Notes: generated by a model from the letters alone, not told the origin. Shown: positions 1 through 9,746, counted from the stretch's first letter. The stretch is 53,957 nt of DNA from Minisyncoccia bacterium (GCA_965659025.1 CBFHTW010000002.1:1-53957); one strand, 5' to 3'. Numbers and translations are program-made.

Positions 1-236
1 CTAATCCCGTGCGAATTGGCGAAGCATATGAGCGTGTAGATGATGTCTCCCAGCTCCTCTTCCATGTCTTGCTTATGTTCATCCAAACGCTTTTTCTTGG
101 GTCCGTATATGTGATTGACGAGACGGGCGAACTCCCCGCCCTCCTCAAAAAGCCGTGTGGTAATGGCGAGCGGCTCCCAATACTCCCACCCCTTTTGCTT
201 AAACCATGCGTCCAACTCCTTTTGCCACTTGTCCAT
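1..236 (-). CDS. MazG-like nucleotide pyrophosphohydrolase (N-terminal part; gene runs off the left edge)
   Basis: Absent from the ORF track because no stop lies in the window. Minus-strand translation from the ATG at 236 (GGAGGG just upstream) gives MDKWQKELDAWFKQKGWEYWEPLAITTRLFEEGGEFARLVNHIYGPKKKRLDEHKQDMEEELGDIIYTLICFANSHGI, the EExGE...K...E-E-LGD helix pattern of MazG-type NTP pyrophosphatases. Confidence 0.65.
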   Translation of the reverse strand, partial: MDKWQKELDAWFKQKGWEYWEPLAITTRLFEEGGEFARLVNHIYGPKKKRLDEHKQDMEEELGDIIYTLICFANSHGI

Positions 237-306
237 CCCTCCAACGGTAGCAGAATTTTCTTTAATGTGCCAACTACGGAGTAAGTAATCGGCGTATAAT
301 TAAGAC

Positions 307-1449
307 ATGGCAGTAAAGAAAATTATCACGGCCTTTTTCTTAACCGCACCACTACTTTGTCCCGTGCTCGCATATGCCCAAGCGGAGGTGGTGCCGGACA
401 CTGTGTACATTGAAAAGGCGCGAGTGTTGGAAATAATCAGTCAGAAGGACTTTACGATTCCGGGCACCGATACTCCCTCAAAAACCCAGACGCTCAAAAT
501 AGAAGTACTAGATGGCCCGGACAAGGGAGTAATAAAAACCATTGAGAACGACTACACACAGCTAAACACGGGAGACATGTTCTTTCTTCGTCACCAAATC
601 AACCTACTGGACGGATCCGACTACTGGACTGTTTCCGATCCGTACCGCCTCAACGTTCTGCTCGGTTTGGTAATTGTGTTCCTCGTCTTTCTTTTTATGT
701 TCGGCGGCATTCAAGGCATCCGAGGCTTGGCGAGTTTGATCGGTAGCTTTGCCCTAATTCTTTTCGTACTTCTTCCGGGTATCCTGGGCGGCTACTCCCC
801 AATTCTCGTAAGCATCGGCGTATCATCCCTGATTATCGTGCTGGGTTCGTACATAACGCACGGATTCAACAAAACGACATCTTCGGCCGTTCTAGGAATG
901 ATCGTTACCGTGATTATCACCGGGCTTGGCGCATATTATGTCGTTCACATCGGGCACCTGAGCGGCTATACGACTGAGGAAAACGTCTATCTTAATTTCA
1001 ATACTCATGGAGGTATCAATATGATTGGTCTTCTGTTCGGCGGCATTATGATTGGCCTTCTCGGCGTGCTGTACGACATCGCAATCGGACAAGCTATAGC
1101 TGTTGAGGAGCTTTTTAGAGCTGGCAGACATATGACGCGTATAGAAATATACAAAAGAGCTATCAGAATCGGACGAGAGCACATAGGCGCTCTCGTAAAT
1201 ACTCTCGCCATTGCGTATGTCGGCGTAGCTTTACCTTTACTGCTTTTGGTTCAACAAACTTCGACGACAAGCAATTTGGCTTCAATACTCAACAGTGAGA
1301 TGTTTGCTACGGAAGCGGTTCGTATTCTAATCGGAAGCATCGGCTTAATCATCGGCGTACCGATCACAACCCTTATCGCTTCATACATGCTTTCCGGTAT
1401 GGAAGGAAAGGGTCACTCAGGCGAGTCGACCCACAGTCATCATCACTAG
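307..1449 (+). CDS. YibE/F-family integral membrane protein
   Basis: 380 aa with an N-terminal signal-like segment, a soluble domain, then many hydrophobic helices and a His-rich C-terminus. The architecture resembles YibE/F-like proteins. Confidence 0.55.
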   Translation: MAVKKIITAFFLTAPLLCPVLAYAQAEVVPDTVYIEKARVLEIISQKDFTIPGTDTPSKTQTLKIEVLDGPDKGVIKTIENDYTQLNTGDMFFLRHQINLLDGSDYWTVSDPYRLNVLLGLVIVFLVFLFMFGGIQGIRGLASLIGSFALILFVLLPGILGGYSPILVSIGVSSLIIVLGSYITHGFNKTTSSAVLGMIVTVIITGLGAYYVVHIGHLSGYTTEENVYLNFNTHGGINMIGLLFGGIMIGLLGVLYDIAIGQAIAVEELFRAGRHMTRIEIYKRAIRIGREHIGALVNTLAIAYVGVALPLLLLVQQTSTTSNLASILNSEMFATEAVRILIGSIGLIIGVPITTLIASYMLSGMEGKGHSGESTHSHHH

Positions 1450-1570
1450 ATGGGCGGGTATGCGATGACGGAATAGTTGGCTTATGTGGTTTCTCCGTCC
1501 TAGACGCGAGAACTGCTCGGTTGTTTAAAAAGCAAAATCAAACTTGCTAATAAAGTAATTAGTCTTTAGC

Positions 1571-2407
1571 TTATTTCCGGAGGTTTTCATCTAACGTGTT
1601 TCCAGCGTCATCCTTCCATGCAGTCCATCCGTTGATTGGTCTGCCTGTTGTGGTTGCTGCTGCAGCCGAAGGACTTTTAAAAAGCACATTCTTTGTATAA
1701 ACGTAGGAAGCACCATCTCCATTATCAGTAAAAGTACCGTCCTCCAAAAATCGCTTGCGTGCGGCTTGTGACCAACCAAAAAATGATTCTGTTTCTCTGA
1801 TTCTTGCAAGCGAACCCTTAAGAACATTTAGGCTTCCGTCTGCAAGCAACTGAGCCTTTGCGTCCGCACCTTCTGCTTTCAAGTGATACAACTTTGCATC
1901 CGAAATTGATTCGGCTACCGTTTCAAAAACTTCATAACCAATAGCACCTAAAACAAATTGTACGTTTTCAAAATATTGTTCGACGATAACTTTCTCGCTC
2001 TCCGAGAGTGTATTTTCCTGCGGTTGAACTTTATTCTGCACAACCATACGATCAGCATCGTGTGCCATAGTAGTCGCTCTGTATTCCAAATACTTAACAA
2101 AAGCTCGGTTGAGTCCTCCCGTAAAAATTACCGCGATATTCCAAAAATCCTTGTTTGAATCGTGATTAGCAATTCGACTATAAAAATTTTCTGATTCACC
2201 GATATAAACTAGCTCATCCGAAGATCCCTCATCAACACCAAATAAAAGGTAGAGACCTGGCTGGTTTATCTCTGAACGATCTTTTAATTCCCTTAGATTT
2301 TGTCGAGGAACGATAAAACACTTACCAGACCACCCAGGTAGTTCAATGATTTTCATTCCGTTGGGATTTCCCTCCGGAACTAACATTTGTATGACCTTTG
2401 ACTTCAT
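1571..2407 (-). CDS. GIY-YIG nuclease family protein with DUF4357-like C-terminal domain
   Basis: Carries the GLYLLFG...LVYIGESENFYSRIANH core (GIY...YIG...R...N pattern). The C-terminal part (FKSPSAAAATTTGRPINGWTAWKD) resembles the DUF4357 extension. Confidence 0.65.
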   Translation of the reverse strand: MKSKVIQMLVPEGNPNGMKIIELPGWSGKCFIVPRQNLRELKDRSEINQPGLYLLFGVDEGSSDELVYIGESENFYSRIANHDSNKDFWNIAVIFTGGLNRAFVKYLEYRATTMAHDADRMVVQNKVQPQENTLSESEKVIVEQYFENVQFVLGAIGYEVFETVAESISDAKLYHLKAEGADAKAQLLADGSLNVLKGSLARIRETESFFGWSQAARKRFLEDGTFTDNGDGASYVYTKNVLFKSPSAAAATTTGRPINGWTAWKDDAGNTLDENLRK

Positions 2408-2465
2408 AAAGTGATTGTACAGCTTCTCGATGCTCCTCGGAATACAGTTCTATACGAAGAAACAG

Positions 2466-3023
2466 TTACATTCCTAAAATACTACTTTTGTTGGAAATAT
2501 TAGTTTTTGAACTATTGATTGATCTGAACTCAATATGTTTATTTATACCAGGAACTTTTAAAATTTCTTCTTCAGTTGTAGAAGATTCAAAATTTTTTAT
2601 GGCCAGTTCACATCTCTGTAAAAAAGAAACCAACTCGATCTCTTCAACTTTATCTTCTGCATTTATAATAAACGGTTGACCCTTACCATCTCCTCTTGAT
2701 ATTCTTCTGCCTTCAATTAGTACACCATTGTGTAAAAAAGCATTTCTATATGCTTCGTATAAGTCTTTCGATGCTTTAGTGCTTATGGATATATCGCCAA
2801 ATATTTTACTAGCCAAAATTGTAAAATGCTCAGGTGAATTCGATTTGACAATATCAATTATATCAATAATACATAATAGTAACGTCGCTGTCGGGAACCC
2901 TAATACATCTTGTTTTGTATAACCTTCCCCAACTTCAGGAGAGGATTTTATACAAATCCTTGCAGCCGTCAAATACTCATTCAAAACATTAATGACTGTT
3001 TGTTTATAATTTTTTGTCAACAT
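2466..3023 (-). CDS. hypothetical protein with a possible HEPN-like R-x4-H motif
   Basis: 185-aa AT-rich ORF that fills the gap between its neighbours. I recognise no family. It contains YRNAFLHN (R-x4-H). Confidence 0.45.
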   Translation of the reverse strand: MLTKNYKQTVINVLNEYLTAARICIKSSPEVGEGYTKQDVLGFPTATLLLCIIDIIDIVKSNSPEHFTILASKIFGDISISTKASKDLYEAYRNAFLHNGVLIEGRRISRGDGKGQPFIINAEDKVEEIELVSFLQRCELAIKNFESSTTEEEILKVPGINKHIEFRSINSSKTNISNKSSILGM

Positions 3024-3186
3024 ATTATTCTATACTCCTCGAAGTCCGAACCTATCTCAAACTGGCTGGCCGTCTCGTGCTGGAACCGTGGTCGGTTAGG
3101 CCCTGCAAGGCGGTTCAGCTACATTCTACACGACCAAATCGACGCGACTCGAGCGCTATAAGAAGTAACGCTTCTTATCAAGAATG

Positions 3187-3822
3187 TCATGGGAGCTGAA
3201 CTAAATACCAATGCCAAATGTTTCTTGAATCATCGGAAAAGCCACCATGCTCCAAGAATTTCCAATCACGCTTTGTGAGCATCTCTTCAAGCTTTTCCTT
3301 AGGAATCAGTGAAAAGTGTCGTTGATCCTTTTCAGACGCTTCGTTAGGACGCGCATCGGGCAACGTGAAATATCCTATCGCTCCAGGCTTACTGAGATTT
3401 TCTATATTACCGATCATTTCTTCCCACTGCTCTTCAGGGATATGCATAAGAACAGCTCCCGCCCAAAATGCCTCAAACTTTTTCTTCGGTAGCGTATCCG
3501 GTGAAAGAATATCCGCCACGGAGAAAGTGAGTTGAGGATAGTGCGAGCGAGCTATCTCGATCATTTTCTCGCTGATATCAAAGCCCTCATAAGTTAAGTT
3601 TCTTCCAATACCCAGAAAGAGCGGTACATGGATGCCGTACGCGCACCCGATATCCAAAACAGAGTCGCCGTCGTTGAGAAGAGCGTGGAACCTGCGGAAG
3701 CCTTCCTCGTGATAGAAAGAATTGGTTTTCTTTGTAGCCCACGCATCGGCATTAGTATTATAGTAATCAGTATTTATTTTTCGCGTTGCATCCATATTTA
3801 AATTATATATTACCTCACGCAA
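3187..3822 (-). CDS. class I SAM-dependent methyltransferase (small-molecule type)
   Basis: Motif I VLDIGCAYG and a post-I acidic FDISEKM, as in Methyltransf_11/25-type enzymes. No DNA-methyltransferase DPPY or PCQ motifs. The start could instead be the internal Met at 3795. Confidence 0.75.
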   Translation of the reverse strand: MREVIYNLNMDATRKINTDYYNTNADAWATKKTNSFYHEEGFRRFHALLNDGDSVLDIGCAYGIHVPLFLGIGRNLTYEGFDISEKMIEIARSHYPQLTFSVADILSPDTLPKKKFEAFWAGAVLMHIPEEQWEEMIGNIENLSKPGAIGYFTLPDARPNEASEKDQRHFSLIPKEKLEEMLTKRDWKFLEHGGFSDDSRNIWHWYLVQLP

Positions 3823-3866
3823 CCTTGCTAAGCGACGCTTCTTGGGCGGGATACCCTATCACGACT

Positions 3867-3940
3867 TGGCTGGGAGACTTGGATTCGAACCAAGATACAC
3901 TGCTCCAGAGGCAGTAGTCCTACCATTAGACGATCTCCCA
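3867..3940 (-). tRNA. tRNA-Gln (anticodon CTG), CCA encoded
   Basis: Hand-folded cloverleaf: TGGGAGA/TCTCCCA acceptor, anticodon stem ACTGC/GCAGT with loop CTCTGGA, T-arm CTTGG-TTCGAAT-CCAAG, then G-CCA. Confidence 0.9.
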
Positions 3941-3972
3941 ATGTGTACCGAAGAATAGCCGATGTTCGGTCT

Positions 3973-4926
3973 TTATTCAACAAGGCAGGGACGGCCGCCG
4001 GGGCCGATGCGAATCGGCATCTCCTGTGTCTGTATGGTGCCGTCTGTGGCAAAAGACACGGCAAGTAGAAGTCCGGTGCGTACGGATTCGTTCCAATATT
4101 GATCAAATACGAAATTGCCGAGCGAATAGTACACGGGGACGGCACCCATGTATTCGTGATCTTGGATGACGTGCGGGTGCGCGCCAAGAATCAGGCGCGC
4201 ACCCGCACTTACAAACTCCTTCGCAAGCGCGCGTTGTCGCGGCGTGGTGGAAGAATACTCCTCTCCCCAATGCGCAAATACGATAGGTATAAACAGGGCG
4301 GCGGCTTCGGTATGTATTTGCTCCACCGTGGTGGAAGCGGCCGCCCGCCATCCTGCCGGATCAAATTCGTTGTATCCGATCAATGAGAACGTGCCCACCT
4401 CTCCCGGCATGCGCGCAATTCTGTGTCCGTATGGCTCACCAAAAGAAGCGACACCGGCCGCATCAAGCACGGCAAGTGTGGAATCCAAACCACTGCGCCC
4501 GAAGTTGAGGATGTGGTTGTTGCCAAGGGAAACCGCGCTCATGTGGTGCCGCGCCAAAAGCGCGGCTGTGGATAGAGGAAAAGTGAATACGTAATTTTCG
4601 GGCGAACCAATGACACTGCCAACACTCATTGAGAAATTATTTGTAATGGGACCTTCAAGATTGGCGACCGTGTAATCAGCCGAAGCGAGAGCGGCATCAA
4701 GGCAAGAAAAGAGTGCATCTTCCCCATTTCTCTCAAGTGCGGTGCGCACCGTTCTATCAAGCATAATGTCGCCACCAAAGATAAACGTCGTGGCGCGCCC
4801 TGGTGTCTTTACTGTGGAGACAGGAATGGGCGCGTTGGTGTATTCAAGGTTCGGACGTACCGTTACCAGAGCGGCGACCCCGATACATGCGGTACATACA
4901 GCCACCACCACTACCAGGCGATGCAT
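3973..4926 (-). CDS. CapA-family (PGA_cap) metallophosphoesterase-like protein, membrane anchored
   Basis: Motifs FGGDIMLDR, NLEGPIT, SLGNNHILNFG, HWGEEY, GAHPHVIQ and YSLGNFVFDQ are typical of the CapA/poly-gamma-glutamate capsule family. It has an N-terminal TM helix. Confidence 0.8.
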   Translation of the reverse strand: MHRLVVVVAVCTACIGVAALVTVRPNLEYTNAPIPVSTVKTPGRATTFIFGGDIMLDRTVRTALERNGEDALFSCLDAALASADYTVANLEGPITNNFSMSVGSVIGSPENYVFTFPLSTAALLARHHMSAVSLGNNHILNFGRSGLDSTLAVLDAAGVASFGEPYGHRIARMPGEVGTFSLIGYNEFDPAGWRAAASTTVEQIHTEAAALFIPIVFAHWGEEYSSTTPRQRALAKEFVSAGARLILGAHPHVIQDHEYMGAVPVYYSLGNFVFDQYWNESVRTGLLLAVSFATDGTIQTQEMPIRIGPGGRPCLVE

Positions 4927-4947
4927 ACAGGAGGCTAAAGGATGGCG

Positions 4948-5364
4948 TTATGCCGGAAGAGTGCGGAGTGTGTAAAGTGCGACGAGAACAATTGCGATGT
5001 ACATGAGAAGTCCCCATGCGCAGGTGGGAAGCCCGAGCAAAAAGGCGTTGAAGCCGCGCGAGAATATCGTCGGCAATTCAGAAAAGGTGAAGTATCCGGA
5101 AAATAGCGTGCCAGCGATAGCCACATAAAGCATCCATTGCACGCCCGAGCGCATGCCAAGATAGCCGTTGGCCATAAAAATCGCAAGTGTCGCAAGAGCG
5201 AGATACATGAGAAGTCCAAAATAGCATGCGGGGTATCCAAGGAAATACGGGCAGTGCTCGTTGAACGCACATGTTTGCGAGAAAAACTTCACGCCGCTCA
5301 AATACCCGGCAAAGGCAACGCCGCTAAGCGACAGCGCCAATAAAACAAGCAGAGGAAATGTCAT
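4948..5364 (-). CDS. small 4-TM cysteine-containing membrane protein (VKOR/thiol-oxidoreductase-like candidate)
   Basis: 138 aa and hydrophobic. It has TCAFNEHCPYF plus a duplicated P(A/T)C(Y/A)(F/W)GLLMY motif. The functional assignment is tentative. Confidence 0.4.
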   Translation of the reverse strand: MTFPLLVLLALSLSGVAFAGYLSGVKFFSQTCAFNEHCPYFLGYPACYFGLLMYLALATLAIFMANGYLGMRSGVQWMLYVAIAGTLFSGYFTFSELPTIFSRGFNAFLLGLPTCAWGLLMYIAIVLVALYTLRTLPA

Positions 5365-5376
5365 AACAAGATTTTA

Positions 5377-7023
5377 TCACGAACGCATCGCGGCCTTCAG
5401 AAAGGCGGTGAATAACGGGTGTGGCGAAAGCGGCCGTGCCTTGAATTCTGGATGGAATTGGGTACCAAGGAAAAATGGGTGTTTACGCTTAGGCAATTCG
5501 GCAATTTCCATAAGGCGTTTGTCGGGCGAAACACCAGAAAACACCAGGCCAGCCTTCTCTATACGCTCAATGTATGCAGGATTCACCTCAAAGCGATGGC
5601 GGTGGCGCTCCGAAATCATCTCTTCGCCATAGGCGGCGCGCGCCACAGTGCCCTGCTTGAGATAGCATGGGTACGCACCAAGACGCATGGAGCCGCCGTA
5701 GTCTTTGCGGGCAAGTTTCTCTTTTTGATCGGGGAGAATGTCTATCACCGGATACAACGCCTGTGGATCTATTTCTGTGGTGTGAGCGCCAGAGAGCTTG
5801 GCCACATTGCGAGCGTATTCTACTGTCATCAACTGCATACCATAGCAGAGACCGAAATAAGGAATCTTTTTCTCACGCGCGTAACGAATGACATTAATCT
5901 TGCCCTCTATCCCCGTCTCGCCAAAACCGCCGGGCACAAGGATGCCGTCGTATGCAGAAAGACCGGAAACTGTCTTCGGGTTCTTCTCAAAATCTTTTGC
6001 GTTGAGCCAATGTATTTCTGGCCGCACCCCAAGTGCATAGGCGGAATATTTGAGCGCCTCAATCACGGAGATGTATGCGTCGGAGAGTACAAAGTCGCCT
6101 GTATCAAAATATTTGCCGATGATGGCCACTTTCACCGTGCGCCTTCCATTGTGCGCGTGTTTGGCAAAACGTTTCCACTCTGAAAGGTCTGGCTCTTTGC
6201 GCGCGCGTATCCCAAGCGCGGTGAGAAGCGTCTCCGAAAGATTGTCGCGCTCAAAGTTTAGCGGCACGTCATAGATGGAAGAAACATCAGGCGCAGAGAT
6301 TACTCGCTCGGGCCGCACATTGCATAGAAGCGCGAGTTTTTCTTTGCGCTTGTGGTCAATGGGCATATTGGCGCGCGCGATGATGATGTCGGCCTGCACG
6401 CCGGAAGAGTTGAGTGCGGCGATCGCGTGTTGGGTGGGCTTGCTCTTCATTTCGCCAAGCGTGCTCGGCACCGGAAAATACGACACCATAATGAAGAGCA
6501 CGTGTTCGGGATGCTTAAGGTGCATGACGCGCGCGGCCTCAATAAAAAGCGCGTTTTGGAAGTCGCCCACCGTGCCACCTATTTCCACCACGGAGATGTC
6601 CGACTTTGAGGCGGCCGCCGCGCGTTCAAGGCGGTTTATGATTTCATCACGTACGTGCGGAAGTGTTTCTACACATTTGCCACCGTAGCCTAAATTGCGC
6701 TCACGTTCTATCACCGCCTTGTACACCATGCCACTTGTCATGTAATCCTCTGGGATGGCGTCGCGCCCCAAGAATCGTTCATAGTTGCCCATGTCTTGGT
6801 CGGTCTCTAATCCAGAGTCAAGCACAAACGTCTCCCCGTGTTCAGTGGGGTTCATGGTGCCCGCATCCACATTGAGATATGGGTCAATTTTTACAAGGTT
6901 CACCTTTAGCCCGCGCGCGGTGAGAATCTTACCAATGGAGGCAACGGCGATACCCTTGCCGACGCCGGAGATGACGCCGCCCACGACAAAAATGTACCGG
7001 TGAGAATCGGTGCGCGCACGCAT
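5377..7023 (-). CDS. pyrG: CTP synthase
   Basis: YIFVVGGVISGVGKG N-terminus and GLCYGMQ glutamine amidotransferase motif. The start is trimmed to the Met preceding RARTDSHRYIFVVGG. Confidence 0.95.
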   Translation of the reverse strand: MRARTDSHRYIFVVGGVISGVGKGIAVASIGKILTARGLKVNLVKIDPYLNVDAGTMNPTEHGETFVLDSGLETDQDMGNYERFLGRDAIPEDYMTSGMVYKAVIERERNLGYGGKCVETLPHVRDEIINRLERAAAASKSDISVVEIGGTVGDFQNALFIEAARVMHLKHPEHVLFIMVSYFPVPSTLGEMKSKPTQHAIAALNSSGVQADIIIARANMPIDHKRKEKLALLCNVRPERVISAPDVSSIYDVPLNFERDNLSETLLTALGIRARKEPDLSEWKRFAKHAHNGRRTVKVAIIGKYFDTGDFVLSDAYISVIEALKYSAYALGVRPEIHWLNAKDFEKNPKTVSGLSAYDGILVPGGFGETGIEGKINVIRYAREKKIPYFGLCYGMQLMTVEYARNVAKLSGAHTTEIDPQALYPVIDILPDQKEKLARKDYGGSMRLGAYPCYLKQGTVARAAYGEEMISERHRHRFEVNPAYIERIEKAGLVFSGVSPDKRLMEIAELPKRKHPFFLGTQFHPEFKARPLSPHPLFTAFLKAAMRS

Positions 7024-7131
7024 ATTGCCACCATCATACTCCTCTCTTGTGGACGAGTATCTTTGCACCTCCTGTGGACAACACCGTCCATCGCGCGGGC
7101 GATGCACTACCAGCTCGCAAAAATGGCCAGA

Positions 7132-8058
7132 CTAGTCGCGCAGATAGCGGCGCACGGCTATAAAGCTGGATATTGCACCGAGAACGACCCCCGAGCCGAC
7201 AATCACGAAGAATAGGTATGCGAAGTTGCCGGTGAAATATGTGAGGGTATTGAATGCCCCGAAAAACGCCTGCGAGCCAGGCCCAAGCCACGCCGTAAGC
7301 GGATACAAAAGCACCATAACGACAATCCCGGCAATGAGGCCGTACAGCACGCCGGCGATCATAAATGGCCCGCGCACGTACCAACGACCAGCACCCACCA
7401 GTCGCATGACGGCGATTTCGTCGCGCGCCGTATAAATAGCAAGACGCAATGTGTTGAGCGCGATGAGAATGGACGCGATGACAAACACCATAGCAAGCCC
7501 AAAGCCAACAGCGCGCGAAGTCTCAATGATGTTGGTGAGGCGTTCTATCGCCGCCTTATGTTCGTCAAAGTTTACGTTGGCAACGATGGGACGATCACCT
7601 TCTGCGGCGATCTCAGCGTCAAGGAATTTCGCGATAGATTCGTACTGCGTCGTCGCACGGGCGCGCACCAAAAGCGACGCACCAAGCGGATTCTCGCCGA
7701 GTTCATCAAGGCCTTGCAAAATCACTTGGTCTGTCGCATGACGCGAACGGAATTGCTCCAGCGCAGTGGCAGATGATGTGTACGTAACCGTTGCCACCTC
7801 CGGCACGCTCTCAAGTTTCTTCTTGATATCAAGAATCTGATTTTCTTGCGCAGAGGTGGTGAAGTAGACCGTCACACCCACTTGCTGTTCAAAGAGATCC
7901 AGTGTGGAGCGCAGTGCAGCACCCACCATCATAATACTCGCAAGCGTCCCCAACGTTACCGTGAGGATGAATATTGCCGCGAGCGACACGAACCCGTTGC
8001 GCACGAGACCCACAAACCCATATCGGGCGATGCGTTTGATGTTAAGCCAGACAGACAT
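7132..8058 (-). CDS. ftsX: cell-division ABC transporter permease FtsX
   Basis: 308 aa with 4 TM helices and a large first periplasmic loop. It sits directly downstream of ftsE. Confidence 0.85.
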   Translation of the reverse strand: MSVWLNIKRIARYGFVGLVRNGFVSLAAIFILTVTLGTLASIMMVGAALRSTLDLFEQQVGVTVYFTTSAQENQILDIKKKLESVPEVATVTYTSSATALEQFRSRHATDQVILQGLDELGENPLGASLLVRARATTQYESIAKFLDAEIAAEGDRPIVANVNFDEHKAAIERLTNIIETSRAVGFGLAMVFVIASILIALNTLRLAIYTARDEIAVMRLVGAGRWYVRGPFMIAGVLYGLIAGIVVMVLLYPLTAWLGPGSQAFFGAFNTLTYFTGNFAYLFFVIVGSGVVLGAISSFIAVRRYLRD

Positions 8059-8073
8059 ACGGTAATACTACCA

Positions 8074-8751
8074 TTAGAGTACGTACTGCCCGCCTTTGTC
8101 GTCGCGGACAATTTTGCCTTGATCCATTGTCACCACGCGGCGTCCTACGGCATCCACCACGGTTTTGTTGTGAGTGGTGAGAATGACCGTGGTACCGAGG
8201 TCGTTAATTTTCTTGAGAATCTGCACTACGTCATGAGTATTGAGCGGATCCAAGTTGCCCGTTGGCTCATCGGCTATGAGAACGTCCGGTTGATTGACAA
8301 TAGCGCGCGCGATGGCGACACGCTGTTGTTCTCCGCCAGAGAGCTGGTGTGGGAAGTGCCAGAGTTTGTCGGAAAGACCGACGAGTCCGAGCACGTGCGG
8401 CACATCGGCCTGGATGTCTTCGTCGGAGCGGCCTGCTACTTCCAGCGCAAAGGCGATGTTTTCAAATACGTTCTTCGTGGGCAGCAATTTGAAATCCTGA
8501 AAAACCGTACCGATAGAGCGGCGCAATGAGGCGAGGTCTTTGGGAGGAAGTTCAGAAACGGAGCGCGAACCGAAAAAGACTGAGCCTTCCGTAGGCCGCT
8601 CCTCGGCAAAAAGAAGTTTCAAAAGTGTGGTCTTGCCAGCGCCAGAATGTCCAACGATAGACACAAATTCCCCAGGATCAATGGAAAGTGTGATGTCCTG
8701 CACTGCAGGCATCTGATTGTAGAACTTGGTCACGCGATCGTAGTAAATCAT
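8074..8751 (-). CDS. ftsE: cell-division ABC transporter ATP-binding protein FtsE
   Basis: Walker [10 protein letters not shown], signature LSGGEQQR and Walker B VLIADEPT. The start is trimmed to MIYYDRV so it does not overlap the prfB stop. Confidence 0.9.
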   Translation of the reverse strand: MIYYDRVTKFYNQMPAVQDITLSIDPGEFVSIVGHSGAGKTTLLKLLFAEERPTEGSVFFGSRSVSELPPKDLASLRRSIGTVFQDFKLLPTKNVFENIAFALEVAGRSDEDIQADVPHVLGLVGLSDKLWHFPHQLSGGEQQRVAIARAIVNQPDVLIADEPTGNLDPLNTHDVVQILKKINDLGTTVILTTHNKTVVDAVGRRVVTMDQGKIVRDDKGGQYVL

Positions 8752-8771
8752 GCGTACTAGTATACCGCCCA

Positions 8772-9653
8772 TTACTGCGCATCCAAAGTTTTCTCGGCAT
8801 CAATAAACGATTGAATGTCTCCCGCAAGTACGTGGTCCACGTCGCGGCGCTCGTGTTCGGTGCGATGGTCTTTTACCAATTGATACGGGTGCAGTACGTA
8901 CGAGCGAATCTGACTTCCCCACTCAATCTTGGTCGCCGCGCCGGTGGAAAGGCCACGCGCCTCCGCCCGTGCCGCCTCTTCCCGCATCTGAAAGAGCTTG
9001 CCTCGCAATAATTCCAGCGCTTTTTGGCGATTGTCTGCTTGACTGCGCTCCGAGGTAACGTGTACAGCGAGGCCTGTCGGCGTGTGAGTGGCGCGCACCG
9101 CGGTGTCGCGCTTGTTTACATTTTGCCCGCCCGGGCCACCACTGCGAGCGAATGTGATTTCCAACTCACTTTCCGGAATATGTGCATCGCCCGTGTCTGG
9201 AAGTTTCGGCAACACTTCCACGAGTGAGAAGCTCGTTTGCCGCTTGCCCGCGGCATTAAACGGTGACATGCGCACAAGCCGGTGCACGCCCGCTTCACGC
9301 CGGAGCGCCCCATATGCGCCAGAGCCAAGAACTTCGCACGACACACTCCGATACCCGCCCTGGGAGTTTTCATTGGACGACATGGTGAGCACCCGCCATC
9401 CCTGCTCGGCGGCGTATCGCTGATACATTTCCAGAAGCATCCGTGAGAAATCTTCCGCGTCATCACCTCCGGCACCAGAGACAATAGAGAGAATGGCATC
9501 GCCCTTGTCGTATCCTTGCGCGCCTTGCGCCCGCATTTTGAGATCTTGATATTCTTTCAGAATTGCCTGTGCCTTGTCTTTGTCATTCCAAAAATCGGGC
9601 GCGGCCATCGCCGCTTCTATCTCTGCAATGCGTGCGGCAGTTGTGGTGTCCAT
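8772..9653 (-). CDS. prfB: peptide chain release factor 2 (short form, single frame)
   Basis: SPF stop-codon recognition motif (RMSPFNAAGKRQTSF), GGQ motif (SGGPGGQNVNK) and N-terminal PDFWND. It is 293 aa with no upstream out-of-frame exon. Confidence 0.9.
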   Translation of the reverse strand: MDTTTAARIAEIEAAMAAPDFWNDKDKAQAILKEYQDLKMRAQGAQGYDKGDAILSIVSGAGGDDAEDFSRMLLEMYQRYAAEQGWRVLTMSSNENSQGGYRSVSCEVLGSGAYGALRREAGVHRLVRMSPFNAAGKRQTSFSLVEVLPKLPDTGDAHIPESELEITFARSGGPGGQNVNKRDTAVRATHTPTGLAVHVTSERSQADNRQKALELLRGKLFQMREEAARAEARGLSTGAATKIEWGSQIRSYVLHPYQLVKDHRTEHERRDVDHVLAGDIQSFIDAEKTLDAQ

Positions 9654-9654
9654 C

Positions 9655-9729
9655 TGGAGCCGACCCGGGGATTTGAACCCCGAACCTACGGTTTACGATA
9701 CCGTTGCTCTACCGTTGAGCTAGGTCGGC
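9655..9729 (-). tRNA. tRNA-Thr (anticodon CGT), CCA encoded
   Basis: Cloverleaf: GCCGACC/GGTCGGC acceptor, ACGGT-ATCGTAA-ACCGT anticodon arm, CGGGG-TTCAAAT-CCCCG T-arm, then T-CCA. Confidence 0.9.
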
Positions 9730-9746
9730 AATGCACTGCGAATATA

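Noticed and set aside
9-284. Listed plus-strand ORF of 91 aa at the left edge
   Set aside because: The opposite strand encodes a convincing MazG-like N-terminus starting at 236. The plus-strand product is a low-complexity Leu/Pro-rich antisense artefact.
3063-3136. A 74-nt GC-rich segment that ends in GCCA, pairs 7 bp at its termini like a tRNA acceptor stem, and shares TGGCTGG with the tRNA-Gln 3' end
   Set aside because: No D, anticodon or T arms can be formed. The similarity to tRNA-Gln is limited to 7 nt. It is most likely a fortuitous or heavily decayed fragment, so it is not called as a tRNA or att repeat.
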